Of a stretch of 64,000 nucleotides of DNA, positions 1 to 9,830 are shown in pieces (the stretch's first letter is position 1; the number at the start of each line of letters is the position of its first letter). Below the pieces are notes generated by a model. The model saw only the letters and a program-made list of their open reading frames with translations. It did no database searches and was not told where the DNA came from. Origin of the DNA: an uncultured Eubacteriales bacterium (GTDB taxonomy: Bacteria; Actinomycetota; Coriobacteriia; Anaerosomatales; PHET01); contig CAZBLH010000004.1 of assembly GCA_964492775.1 (NCBI GenBank), forward strand, positions 9,593-73,592, given 5' to 3'. A program made the position numbers and the translations under genes.

Positions 1-402
1 CCGCTGCTTCATCATCACCTTGCCCGCCGCGCGGGTGACCGCGAACATAGCGGTTAGGTTCGTGGCGATGACAGTGTCCCAATCCTCGTCGCTCATGCGC
101 ACCACAAGCCCATCACGGGTAATCCCCGCGTTGTTCACGACGACGTCGAGTCTCCCGAACGCCTCGACCGCCGAGTTCACCAGGGCAGTGGCCTGAGCGA
201 TGTCGCTCACGTCCGCCTGTATCGCGACCGCCCGACCGCCAGCGGCTTCGATCTCGGAGACCACCCCTTCGGCGGCGGCCTTCGAGCCGGCATAATTCAC
301 AGCGACGGCCGCACCTCGGGCCGCCAAAGTCCTCGCTATCGCCGCGCCGATTCCACGCGACGCACCAGTGACCAGCGCCACCTTGCCGGTGAAGTCAAGC
401 AT
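1..402 (-). CDS. fabG: 3-oxoacyl-ACP reductase FabG, N-terminal part (runs off the window edge)
   Basis: Reverse translation from ATG at 402 gives MLDFTGKVALVTGASRGIGAAIA..., the SDR Rossmann motif TGxxxGIG. Its start overlaps the fabD stop. Confidence 0.85.
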   Translation of the reverse strand, partial: MLDFTGKVALVTGASRGIGAAIARTLAARGAAVAVNYAGSKAAAEGVVSEIEAAGGRAVAIQADVSDIAQATALVNSAVEAFGRLDVVVNNAGITRDGLVVRMSDEDWDTVIATNLTAMFAVTRAAGKVMMKQR

Positions 403-1319
403 CACGACACCTCCTGTGCGACTGCGTCGATGCCAGCAGCCTCGACCGCCAACGCACGCACGCCGTCCACTCGTTTTGCCAGCCCGGTGAGTACGTTGCC
501 GGGTCCGGCTTCAATCACCGTGTCCACGCCGTCCGCTGCAAGAGCGCGCATCGTCTCGGCCCATCTGACCGGGCTGGTCATCTGGCCCAGGAGACGGGAA
601 CGGATGGTCATGGCATCCACGGCCGGAGTGGGATCCGTGTTCTGGTACACGGGTATCTTCGCGTCACTGAACTCTGCGCCGAGGAGCGTCTCTGCGAAAC
701 AGTCCTCGGCCCCAGCCATCGCGGGCGTATGAAACGCGCCAGTGACTGCAAGCGGAATCACCCTGCGCGCACCCGCCTCAGTCAGTTTAGGAATGACCGC
801 AGCTACCGAAGAACCCAGCCCAGAGATCACCACCTGGCTCTCAGAGTTGTCATTCGCAACCCACACTCCCGAAACGCTCGACACGATGCGCGTGATCACA
901 CTTGCGTCCAAACCGAGCACGGCGGCCATCGTTCCGGCTTCACCAGCTACATGTTCCGCCATGCAGCGGCTGCGCTCGATGACCAGCTCCAGTCCAGCCT
1001 CTACGCTGAACACGCCGGCGATCGCAAGAGCCGCATACTCGCCGAGAGAGTGACCCGCCACCGCTGCCGGGACCACACCCTTGTGGAGGAGCGCCCGGCC
1101 CCAAGCCCAGTCCGCGAGATACAGAAGCGGCTGGGCATAGCGCGTCGCGGCGAGCTTGTCGGCAGGGCCCGCGGCAGCGACGCTGGCCAGGTCCAATCCT
1201 GAGAGAGCCTCGGCCGCATCGAGCAGACGCTCCAGTCCCGGTGTCCCCGCAAGCCCGTCCAGCATGCCGATCCTCTGGGAACCCTGGCCGGGGAAGAGCA
1301 GCGCGGTCCGGTTTCCCAT
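402..1319 (-). CDS. fabD: malonyl CoA-ACP transacylase
   Basis: 305 aa with FPGQGSQ and active-site GHSLGEY motifs; lies in the fab cluster. Confidence 0.95.
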   Translation of the reverse strand: MGNRTALLFPGQGSQRIGMLDGLAGTPGLERLLDAAEALSGLDLASVAAAGPADKLAATRYAQPLLYLADWAWGRALLHKGVVPAAVAGHSLGEYAALAIAGVFSVEAGLELVIERSRCMAEHVAGEAGTMAAVLGLDASVITRIVSSVSGVWVANDNSESQVVISGLGSSVAAVIPKLTEAGARRVIPLAVTGAFHTPAMAGAEDCFAETLLGAEFSDAKIPVYQNTDPTPAVDAMTIRSRLLGQMTSPVRWAETMRALAADGVDTVIEAGPGNVLTGLAKRVDGVRALAVEAAGIDAVAQEVS

Positions 1320-1322
1320 CGG

Positions 1323-2273
1323 CTACACTCCGCCAGCGAGCGAGCTCAAGCGCTGCATCACGTCTTCGGCCTCGGATATCATCTCCGAAACGATTGCGGA
1401 AGCAGGCTCGATCTTGCACACCATAGCAGCCGCCTGCCCAGCCATGAGCGACCCCATCTCGATGTCGCCCTGACGCATCGCGGCCGCGAGCTTGCCCGCG
1501 CCAAGCGCCTCGATGTCTTCCGGTCGGTTCTCGCGATCAAGCTCGATGATCTCTTTGGCGAGCTTGTTCTTGAGCACGCGGACCGGGTGACCGGTCGAAC
1601 GTCCGGTGACGACGGTATCGCGGTCCTTCGCCTTGACGACCTGTGCCTTGACGGCCGGGTGGATCGTGCACTCCTCTGCGCACATGAACCGCGTCCCAAC
1701 CTGCACGCCGGCGGCGCCCAGCGCAAGCGCCGCGGCAATCCCTCGGCCGTCAGCAATGCCACCTGCGGCTACTACCGGCACGGAGACGGCATCTACAAGC
1801 TGCGGGGTCAGAACCATCGTCGTGAGCTCGCCGATGTGCCCGCCGGCCTCCATGCCCTCGCCGATGATCGCATCGGCCCCGATGCTTTCAAGTCGTTTCG
1901 CGAGTGCAACGGATGGCGCGATCGGCAGCACCTTGATGCCCTTGGCCTTGAGGGCTTCCATATACTTTCCGGGATTGCCAGCGCCGGTAGTGACTACCGG
2001 TACCCCCTCATCGAGCACGAGCTGCACGAGCTCGTCGATGTGGGGTGTAAGCAGCATGAGGTTCACGCCAAAGGGCTTGTCGGTCGCAGCCTTCGCGTTG
2101 CGCACCTGCTCTCGCAAGAGTTCGGTGGGCATGTGTCCCGCGCCGATGATCCCGAGTCCGCCGGCGTTGCTGACCGCAGCGGCCAGCTCGGCAGTCGCAG
2201 TCCAGGCCATGCCGCCCTGGATGATGGGGTGTTCGATGCCGAGCAGCTTTGTGAGTGGTGTTGCGAGTGTCAT
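1323..2273 (-). CDS. fabK: enoyl-ACP reductase II (FMN-dependent, FabK type)
   Basis: 316 aa, collinear with FabK/nitronate monooxygenase family ([35 protein letters not shown]); sits between fabD and fabH. Confidence 0.85.
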   Translation of the reverse strand: MTLATPLTKLLGIEHPIIQGGMAWTATAELAAAVSNAGGLGIIGAGHMPTELLREQVRNAKAATDKPFGVNLMLLTPHIDELVQLVLDEGVPVVTTGAGNPGKYMEALKAKGIKVLPIAPSVALAKRLESIGADAIIGEGMEAGGHIGELTTMVLTPQLVDAVSVPVVAAGGIADGRGIAAALALGAAGVQVGTRFMCAEECTIHPAVKAQVVKAKDRDTVVTGRSTGHPVRVLKNKLAKEIIELDRENRPEDIEALGAGKLAAAMRQGDIEMGSLMAGQAAAMVCKIEPASAIVSEMISEAEDVMQRLSSLAGGV

Positions 2274-3286
2274 GCGGTTGCCTCAGCCCCTTGCTCCGTT
2301 TGCTTCATGGTCCAGCGTACTGTCGCCGAACCCCACGTCAGTCCCGCGCCGAAGCCGGTCAGCACGAGCAGGTCGCCGGGAGAAAGTCGCCCGCTAGTAT
2401 ACAGGTCGTCCAGCGCCAGAGGTATCGACGCCGATGATGTGTTCCCGACTGACCCGATTCGGTTGTAGATGCGCGACTCCTCGACGCCCAAACGCTCCCC
2501 GACCGTGTCGATGATCCGCTTGTTGGCCTGATGCGGGACAAACCAACGCACTTCATCCAACTCGTGCCCGGATGCAGTGAGCGCCTCGATAGTTGCCTGC
2601 GGGATCACTCGGACAGCGAACTTGAATACATCGCTGCCGCGCATCGTCACGAAGTTCAGCCGCTCGTCGAGGGCTTCGGCGTCCACCGGGCGAGCCGACC
2701 CGCCCGCGGGAATCTTGAGCATATCCTCGCCCGTGCCATCAGAGCCGAGCACGATGGCTTCCACACCCGGCTCGTCACCTGCACGCAGCACAACTGCGCC
2801 TGCCCCGTCGCCGAAGAGGACGCACGTCGTTCGGTCGGTGAAGTCTACGAACCGGCTAAATGCCTCGGCGCCGACCACGATGACCGTCTCGGCACGCCCT
2901 GACTCGATCGCGCACACGCCCGAGTGGAGCGCGAACACGAACCCGGAACAGGCTGCAGACACGTCGTAGGCGGGACAGGTGAGCCCCAGCTTGGCCTGCG
3001 TGACGCAGGCCGCCGACGGGAACAGGTAGTCGGGGTTGGTGGTAGCGACGACGAGCAGGTCAACCTCATCGGCGGTGATGCAGGCAGAGTCCATAGCGCG
3101 CGCAGCCGCGCGCGCCGCCAGGTCGCTCGTTGCCTCGTCCTCGGCGATGATGTGCCGCTCGGAAATGCCCGTACGCGAGACGATCCAGTCGTCCGTGGTA
3201 TCCACCATGGATTCGAGATCGGAGTTCGAGAGCACTCGCTCGGGAAGATAAGACCCAACACCGATGATCTGGGCGAATCGTGACAT
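2270..3286 (-). CDS. fabH: 3-oxoacyl-ACP synthase III
   Basis: 338 aa with SNSDLE..WIxxRTGI, the active-site region AACSGF and a C-terminal GFGAGLTWG; 4-nt overlap with fabK. Confidence 0.95.
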   Translation of the reverse strand: MSRFAQIIGVGSYLPERVLSNSDLESMVDTTDDWIVSRTGISERHIIAEDEATSDLAARAAARAMDSACITADEVDLLVVATTNPDYLFPSAACVTQAKLGLTCPAYDVSAACSGFVFALHSGVCAIESGRAETVIVVGAEAFSRFVDFTDRTTCVLFGDGAGAVVLRAGDEPGVEAIVLGSDGTGEDMLKIPAGGSARPVDAEALDERLNFVTMRGSDVFKFAVRVIPQATIEALTASGHELDEVRWFVPHQANKRIIDTVGERLGVEESRIYNRIGSVGNTSSASIPLALDDLYTSGRLSPGDLLVLTGFGAGLTWGSATVRWTMKQTEQGAEATA

Positions 3287-3336
3287 GCTTGCGGTCGTCC
3301 TTCTGTTGCCGGGCCCCTTCTGATCCTGCGTAGACG

Positions 3337-3361
3337 GCGTATGCGGAACAATCGCATACGC
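3337..3361. repeat. perfect 9-bp inverted repeat with a 7-nt spacer between plsX and fabH
   Basis: GCGTATGCG (3337-3345), gaacaat, CGCATACGC (3353-3361). No U-tract follows on the minus strand, so it is an intercistronic stem-loop or an operator. Confidence 0.5.
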
Positions 3362-3379
3362 TGAGCGTCCTGAAAAGGT

Positions 3380-4396
3380 CTACCGGGTCTCGGGCTCTGT
3401 CGGAATCGCTTCAGCGATGCGTGCAGGCAGGTCTTCTCGGCAGGCACGGGCCGCCACGAGCAGCCCGTTGGAGACGGCACGCGCACGGGAGGTGCCGTGC
3501 GCGATGATCGCGACTCCGTCGACGCCGAGCAGCGGCGCACCGCCGTAGACGTCAGGGTCGAGCCTCTTCTTCACACCAGCGAACGCCGGCTTCAGTACGG
3601 CGGCCGCGAGCTTCCTCGGCAGCGTAGCGGTCATGGCATCCTTGAGCTGCCCGAACAGTGTCTTGCTGGTTCCTTCAAGGAGCTTGAGTGCAACGTTTCC
3701 GGTGAAGCCGTCGGTGACAACTACATCGGCAGCGCCAGCGATGAGCTCCCGGCCTTCGATGTTGCCAACGAATCCATCGATTCGGCTGGCCATCAGAGCG
3801 TGTGCCTCAATGGCGAGCTGCGAGCCCTTCGTGGGCTCCTCGCCGATGTTGAGCAGGCCGATCCTCGGCGAGTCGACACCGAGCACCGCGCGAGCATACG
3901 CCCCGCCCATATGAGCGAACTGCACCAGGTGCTCCGGCTTACAGTCGGCATTGGCTCCCACGTCGAGCAGGACCACCGGGGCGCCAGCGCTGGGGAGCAC
4001 GGTTGCGATCGCTGGCCGGGACACGCCTTTCGTTCGGCCCATGACCAGAGTCGCCGCTGTCATAGCGGCACCCGTCGAGCCCGCCGAGAAGAACGCGTCG
4101 GCCCGCTTCTCGCGGACCAGTCTGCAGCCGACAACGATCGAAGAGTCCTTCTTCGAGCGGACAGCGGCGGCCGGATGCTCGTCCATACCGATGATCTCCG
4201 TGGTCGCAACCGGCTCCACGCGCCCGTCAGGCACTGACGCCGCGAACCGCTCCACTACTTCGGCAGGACCACACAGCGCGATCCGCAGCGCTGGATCGGA
4301 GTCAAGCGCCAAGCGCACGCCATCCAGAATCTCTTTGGGTGCGAAATCGCCGCCGACAGCGTCGACGGCGATTACTACCTGCGAATCAGTTCTCAC
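3380..4396 (-). CDS. plsX: phosphate acyltransferase PlsX
   Basis: The PlsX-like sequence begins at VRTDSQVVIAVDAVGGD. GTG at 4396 is preceded by AGGAGG. The 369-aa ORF-track entry carries a spurious N-terminal extension. Confidence 0.9.
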   Translation of the reverse strand: MRTDSQVVIAVDAVGGDFAPKEILDGVRLALDSDPALRIALCGPAEVVERFAASVPDGRVEPVATTEIIGMDEHPAAAVRSKKDSSIVVGCRLVREKRADAFFSAGSTGAAMTAATLVMGRTKGVSRPAIATVLPSAGAPVVLLDVGANADCKPEHLVQFAHMGGAYARAVLGVDSPRIGLLNIGEEPTKGSQLAIEAHALMASRIDGFVGNIEGRELIAGAADVVVTDGFTGNVALKLLEGTSKTLFGQLKDAMTATLPRKLAAAVLKPAFAGVKKRLDPDVYGGAPLLGVDGVAIIAHGTSRARAVSNGLLVAARACREDLPARIAEAIPTEPETR

Positions 4397-4446
4397 GTGA
4401 CCTCCTGTTGTCGCTTCCGCGAGTGGAGTCGCGTTTCGAGAAGGGG

Positions 4447-4623
4447 TCACTCGGTATCGATGATCTCTTTGCCGTTGTAGTAGCCGCACTCACCGCAGAC
4501 GCGATGCGGGAGCTTGGGCTGATTGCACTGCGGGCACACCGACACGCCAGCCGCGGTCAGCTTGTGCGATGAGCGGCGCGAGTTCGTCTTCGCGCGGCCG
4601 GTTTTCCTCTTCGGGACAGCCAT
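4447..4623 (-). CDS. rpmF: 50S ribosomal protein L32 (Zn-ribbon form)
   Basis: MAVPKRKTGRAKTNSRRS... with CPQC...CGEC; internal ATG of ORF 4447..4749. Confidence 0.95.
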   Translation of the reverse strand: MAVPKRKTGRAKTNSRRSSHKLTAAGVSVCPQCNQPKLPHRVCGECGYYNGKEIIDTE

Positions 4624-4762
4624 GGTCTTCTTACTCTCTTCCTCAAACGTCCTCGCGCCGAAGCGACGCTTCGTCAACACTGGTGCGCCCAACAGGGCGT
4701 CCACACACGAACGGAGATGATAACACGCCGCCGAACACCTGAACAGCACCCGGATTGAAGGC

Positions 4763-5302
4763 TCACGCCTCCGAGGACTCCTCCTCGCCGAGAAGGTCCT
4801 TCAGCGCGGCGAACGGATGCTCCTCGTCCACCTCGTCATGGCACTGGCATTGTCCGGTATTGAGATCGGCCCCGCACTCGGAGCACAGGCCTTTGCACTC
4901 CTGGTCGTGCACGGGCGCAAACGGGGCCTCGACGACGAGCGCCGCAGCCAGTGCGGGCTCCATATCGATCGAACCGTTCGAGTCCACCTCGCCGGTGTAC
5001 TCCTCGCCCTCGACAAGTTCGGCACCCGGGCGTGGCCACATGCCCTCGACCTCTCCGGTGATCTCAGTCTCGAACTCACAGAGGCAGCGCACGCAACTCG
5101 CCGTCGCCCGGGCCGTGATGTTGCCAACGACGACAAGTTCATCGCCGGTGTTACTGATGACGACGTCGAACGATGGCGCCTCGCGCATGACGAACCGCTC
5201 GTCACCTACAACGAGTTCCTCCAGCTGCAGATGATCGGAGACGCTGATGGAAGCACCCACCTCATCGAGGATGCTTCGGACGTCGAGCAGGTACTCAGCC
5301 AT
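4763..5302 (-). CDS. DUF177/YceD-family protein
   Basis: Acidic protein with CVRCLC and CKGLCSECG...CQC motifs, directly upstream of rpmF as in many bacteria. Start chosen at MAEYLLD. Confidence 0.8.
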   Translation of the reverse strand: MAEYLLDVRSILDEVGASISVSDHLQLEELVVGDERFVMREAPSFDVVISNTGDELVVVGNITARATASCVRCLCEFETEITGEVEGMWPRPGAELVEGEEYTGEVDSNGSIDMEPALAAALVVEAPFAPVHDQECKGLCSECGADLNTGQCQCHDEVDEEHPFAALKDLLGEEESSEA

Positions 5303-5327
5303 GTCTTGGGCCCAAGTCTCCCCTGCG

Positions 5328-5783
5328 CTACTGGCGCTGGGTCTTGCCCTGCAGGCGGTCACGGCCGCGCTGCACGGCGGTGAGAAGCTTGCCGAGGTTC
5401 ACCTCAAGGTTGGCGAAGATCTCGTCGGCGTAGTCCTCGGCGCCGAGGCGCACTTCCCGCTCCTGCTGCCGAGCGTTGTCGAGAATAGCGGCGGCCTGCG
5501 ACTCGGCGAGCCTCACGACCTCCTGCTCGTTGGCGAGCGCCGCAGCGCGGTCTCGCGCCTCCTCGAGGATCCGGTTGGCTTCTTTCTCGGCCTCCTCGAG
5601 CATCTCCTGACGCTCCTTCACGATCCACCGAGCCTGCTTCAACTCATCGGGGAACTGAGCGCGGATCTCGTCGATGATATCGTAGACGGCGTCCGGATCG
5701 ACCATCTTCTGGTTCGTGAACGGGACGCCTTTGGCGCCATCCACGATCTCTTCGATTCGGTCGATAAGGGCCATGATGTCCAT
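5328..5783 (-). CDS. hypothetical coiled-coil protein (ATPase subunit b/H-like heptad region)
   Basis: 151 aa, E/A/R/Q-rich helical repeats, co-directional between coaD and yceD. Function unknown. Confidence 0.6.
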   Translation of the reverse strand: MDIMALIDRIEEIVDGAKGVPFTNQKMVDPDAVYDIIDEIRAQFPDELKQARWIVKERQEMLEEAEKEANRILEEARDRAAALANEQEVVRLAESQAAAILDNARQQEREVRLGAEDYADEIFANLEVNLGKLLTAVQRGRDRLQGKTQRQ

Positions 5784-5795
5784 TGCGGATCCTCT

Positions 5796-6287
5796 CTAGC
5801 GGACCATACCCAGCTTCTGGTCGATAGCGTCTTGTACCACATCAGGCACCAGACCACGCACCGACCCGCCGTGTGACGCGATCTCCTTGACCGCCGACGA
5901 GCTCAGATACATGTGCTCAGGTGCGGCCATGATGAACAGTGTCTCTATCTCCGAGTCCAACCGCCAGTTCAACGCCGCCATCTGGAACTCGCGCTCGAAA
6001 TCCGTCATCGCGCGCAGCCCTTTAACGATCACTGAGGCGCCTATCTGCTCGGCGAACCTGACCAATAGCGTATCAAAAGGTCGCACCGAGACGTTATCGA
6101 GGTGCGATGTGACCACCTCGATGAGCTTCACGCGCTCATCCGCCGAGAAGAGCGGTCCCCCTCCTTTGTCCGGCGAGTGAGCGACACCGACCACTACTTC
6201 GTCGAAGAGAGACGATGCGCGTTCGATGACGTCGAGATGCCCGGTCGTGACCGGGTCGAACGTTCCCGGGACAATCGCCCGCTTCAC
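5796..6287 (-). CDS. coaD: phosphopantetheine adenylyltransferase
   Basis: VKRAIVPGTFDPVTTGHLDVIERA... (the T/HxGH nucleotidyltransferase motif). GTG start at 6287, just after the rsmD stop. Confidence 0.93.
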   Translation of the reverse strand: MKRAIVPGTFDPVTTGHLDVIERASSLFDEVVVGVAHSPDKGGGPLFSADERVKLIEVVTSHLDNVSVRPFDTLLVRFAEQIGASVIVKGLRAMTDFEREFQMAALNWRLDSEIETLFIMAAPEHMYLSSSAVKEIASHGGSVRGLVPDVVQDAIDQKLGMVR

Positions 6288-6289
6288 CG

Positions 6290-6877
6290 TCACCCCTTTG
6301 CGAATACCGCGATGTCGACCTCGGTCGACCCGTAGCGCTTGGCTGTGACCACCTGCCACCCTCTTGGCCACGGCACTGTTGCGCCCTCGGCATGCTCCCA
6401 CACCGCACAGGCCCCGTCCTCTACAGACTCACTCGCCTCCAGACGCTCGAGCATTGCGGCGACGTGGCCACCGTCGAGTTTATACGGCGGGTCAAGCAGA
6501 ATCAACGAGAACGGTCCACCGATTCGGCCTCCTGCCAGCGAGAACACGTCGCCAGTCCGGACTGTTGCCCGAACCGTGGCTCCCAGCTTGGCGATGTTGG
6601 CGTTCAGAGCCGAGAGGGCCTTGCGGTCCCGCTCCATAAACGTTGCGTGGACGGCACCGCGCGACAGCGCCTCAAGCCCCAGAGCGCCGCTGCCTGCAAA
6701 CGCGTCCAGTACTTGCGCACCGCCGAGGTCCGCGCCCGTACGGGCACTGAGCGCTGAGAATATCGCCTCGCGCACCCGGTCGGTGGTCGGGCGCGTGAGT
6801 TCACCCTGTGGCGCATCGATACGCCGGCCTCTCCACTCTCCTCCGACGATCCTCACCCTGCGCTCACCCACTTCCAT
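6290..6877 (-). CDS. rsmD: 16S rRNA (guanine966-N2)-methyltransferase RsmD
   Basis: 195 aa with VLDAFAGSGALGLEALSRGA and LDPPY motifs; classic rsmD-coaD pairing. Confidence 0.9.
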   Translation of the reverse strand: MEVGERRVRIVGGEWRGRRIDAPQGELTRPTTDRVREAIFSALSARTGADLGGAQVLDAFAGSGALGLEALSRGAVHATFMERDRKALSALNANIAKLGATVRATVRTGDVFSLAGGRIGGPFSLILLDPPYKLDGGHVAAMLERLEASESVEDGACAVWEHAEGATVPWPRGWQVVTAKRYGSTEVDIAVFAKG

Positions 6878-8929
6878 GCCTCAGTGAACGTGCGCCGAAC
6901 CTCGCGGAGGAGCGGCCCGTGCTCTGGGCCGGCGAGCCCGGGGTCGGCGTCAATGATCTCGAATGCATCCACGCGCGCCTGCTCCACCAGCTCAAGGTCG
7001 CCGGTGAGTGATGCAACACGCAGATCTGGCAGCCCGTGCTGCCGATCACCCAGGACCTGACCCTCGCCCCGAATCTTGAGGTCCTGCTCGGCAAGCACGA
7101 AGCCGTCGGAGGTCGACTCCAGCACACGCAGTCGCTCACGAGCCTCCGGAGAGCGGGCGTCTGACACGAGCCAGACCTCTCCGGGATGCTCGGCACGCCC
7201 GACCCGCCCGCGCAGCTGGTAGAGCTGCGCCAGCCCGAAGCGCTCGGCGTTCTCGACGATCATCACGGTCGCGTTCGGCACGTCGACGCCGACCTCGATG
7301 ACGGTCGTGGAGACGAGCACGTCAATCTCACCATCGCGGAAACGCCGCATCGTCTCCGCCTTCTCGGCGGGGCGCATCCTGCCGGTCAGGAGTCCGACCG
7401 TGAGGCCCGGGTACTCCTCGCAGCTGAGGCGCTCCGCCTCGCGGGTCGCCGCCTTCGCCTCGGCGGTTTCCGACTCATCCACGAGCGCGCACACGACGTA
7501 CGCCTGGTGACCGGCTTTCACCGCGCGACGCACCGCCTGATGCGCCTTGCCCGACCCGGCTATGGTGGTGAGCCGCGTGGTGACTCCGGCGCTACTGTGC
7601 GGCCGCTCACGCAGGTACGAGGTCGCAAGGTCGCCGTAGAGCGTCAAAGCGAGGGATCGTGGTATCGGCGTGGCCGTCATCACAAGCAAGTCGGCGGCGG
7701 GACCTTTCCCGCGCAGCCCCAGGCGCTGACCGACCCCGAAGCGGTGCTGCTCGTCTACGATCGCAAGCGTGAGGTGCTTGAACGCGACGGACTCCTCCAG
7801 TAGCGCGTGAGTGCCGAAGATCACGCCGACCGACCCGTCTGCCACACCAGCGAGCACCTCTCGGCGCGCGCCGGCAGACGTCGAGCCTGTGAGCAGCGCC
7901 CACCGTATGCCGAGCGAATCAAGCAGCGGCCCGACCTTCTCGGCGTACTGAATCGCGAGCACCTCGGTGGGCGCCATCATCGCCGCCTGCGAACCGGAGT
8001 CCGCTGCCGCAGCTAGCGCATGTGCCGCCACCAGCGTCTTTCCAGTGCCGACATCGCCGAGGAGCATGCGGTTCATCGGCTGGGGCTGCGCCATGTCCGC
8101 AAGCACCTCGGTCACCGACCGCTCTTGATCGGCCGTGAGCGGAAACGGCGGATTCGAGCGCAGGGAGGTCAGAGCCGGCCCATCGGTCCTGTGAGCCACG
8201 CCCGCTCGCTCGCGCGTGAGCGCGTGGCGGCGCATCGCCATGTACAGCTGCAGTAGCAGCAGCTCGTCGTAGGCGAGTCTCCTGCGCCCCGCCTCGGCGT
8301 CCGCGAGACGCTGCGGGAAGTGCACTTGCCTCAATGCCGCGCCGAGAGGCATGAGATCACGCTTGATGCGCAGCGCTGCTGGCAGATGATCGACCACATC
8401 GGCGAAGTCGTCGACCGCGGCGGCAATGAGCCTGCGCAGCCAAGCGGTCGTCAGCCCCTCGGTCGTACGGTGCACCGGCAGCACGTGCCCACCGGTTGTC
8501 CGCTCGTCCGAGTCGCCAGACAGCTTCTCGAAGAACGGCGCGCGTATCTGCTTCATCCCGTAGTCGAACTCAATTTTGCCGGCTCTGCACCCAGGGTTGA
8601 TTGAACCAAACGCCGAGCAGCGCGCCTGTTCCGTCAACGATCGCGACCTCGGTGATCGTGAGCCGCGGCTTGGGCTTCTTGACCCGGATCTGGTGGACCC
8701 GGCCGACCACCGTGACCTCGGACCCGATGGCGGCGTCACGCAGGTTCGCCGTCGCCGTGAGATCGAGGTAGCGGAAGGGCACATGCCGAACAAGCTCGCC
8801 GACGGTGATGATGCCAAGCCGGCCCAGCGCTTCGGCTCGGGCAGCGTCTATGAACCGCGCTGAGGTGACGGGCAGATCGTGTGCAGCGAGCCGGAGTACC
8901 CGATCGGCAGGTTTGAGCGGCTCGGGCAT
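6853..8929 (-). pseudogene. recG: ATP-dependent DNA helicase RecG, reading frame interrupted in the wedge domain
   Basis: The N-terminal wedge segment (MPEPLKP...VWFNQPWVQ) is in ORF 8570..9007 and stops at 8570. The remainder (AGKIEFDYG...helicase motifs GDVGTGKT, DEQHRFG, TATPIPR) is in a different frame of ORF 6853..8817. The frame switch lies around 8582-8590. Confidence 0.7.
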
Positions 8930-8951
8930 GGTCGCGAAGCTCGGCCGCTCG

Positions 8952-9806
8952 TCAGGACTTGGGATAGTAGGCGACCCCGATGGCCCCTTGCCCCGTGTAC
9001 GTCCCAATCACGGAGCCGACAAGCCCGATCGACTCGACCTCGATCCCCGCGTCCGCTGCGAGCAGATCTGCCTTGATCGTCTCCGCGATCTCAGGGGAAC
9101 ACCCATGCAAGACGGTAGCGACCATAGGCCCGTTCGCACGCGCGTCCTCGACCACGTGGGCAACGATCTCGCTGATAGCCTTGTTGCGACCTTTCACCTT
9201 CTTGAAGGGCTCGACGATGCCCTCATCATTGATGGTGAGAACCGGTTTGATGTTGAGGAGTGCCGCAGCAAGCCCCTGCGCCTTGCCGGCGCGCCCGCCT
9301 TTGACCAGGTAGTCGAGCGTGTCCAAGACGAAGTAGATTCGCATCGAGTCGGCTACTTCTTGAGCCTTGGAGGCTACGTCGTCCAGCGAGAGCCCCGCAT
9401 CGCGCGCCTCGACCGCGCGGCGAACCACCAGCGCAAGTGCCTGACAGACCGTCTTGGAGTCGATCACATGGACGGGAATCGGCGAGTCCGCACAGGCCAG
9501 CATGGCCGATTCGTACGTGCCTGAAAGCGCGGCCGACAGGTGGATCGAGACGATTCCCTCACAGCCCTCCTCGGCAAGTGCCGTGTAGGCATCCAGGAAC
9601 TCGGCGGGCGAAGGCTGCGACGTCTTGGGCAGCGTCGATGCTGCCTCCAGCTTCGCGTAGAACTCCTCAGGAGCGAGCTCGACCCAGTCCAGATAGGTCT
9701 CGTCACCAAAGAGCACCTTCAGTGGCACCATCCTGACATCCATAGCCGAGAGCTCGGATGGCAGGAGGTCGCACGTGCTATCAGTAACCAGGCCTATCTT
9801 GGGCAT
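8952..9806 (-). CDS. DegV-family fatty-acid-binding protein (FakB-like)
   Basis: 284 aa; IGLVTDSTCDL N-terminus and a DegV fold signature; adjacent to the DAK2/FakA-like gene. Confidence 0.9.
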   Translation of the reverse strand: MPKIGLVTDSTCDLLPSELSAMDVRMVPLKVLFGDETYLDWVELAPEEFYAKLEAASTLPKTSQPSPAEFLDAYTALAEEGCEGIVSIHLSAALSGTYESAMLACADSPIPVHVIDSKTVCQALALVVRRAVEARDAGLSLDDVASKAQEVADSMRIYFVLDTLDYLVKGGRAGKAQGLAAALLNIKPVLTINDEGIVEPFKKVKGRNKAISEIVAHVVEDARANGPMVATVLHGCSPEIAETIKADLLAADAGIEVESIGLVGSVIGTYTGQGAIGVAYYPKS

Positions 9807-9830
9807 TGCGTTCTCCTCCGGTTGTGCGGG

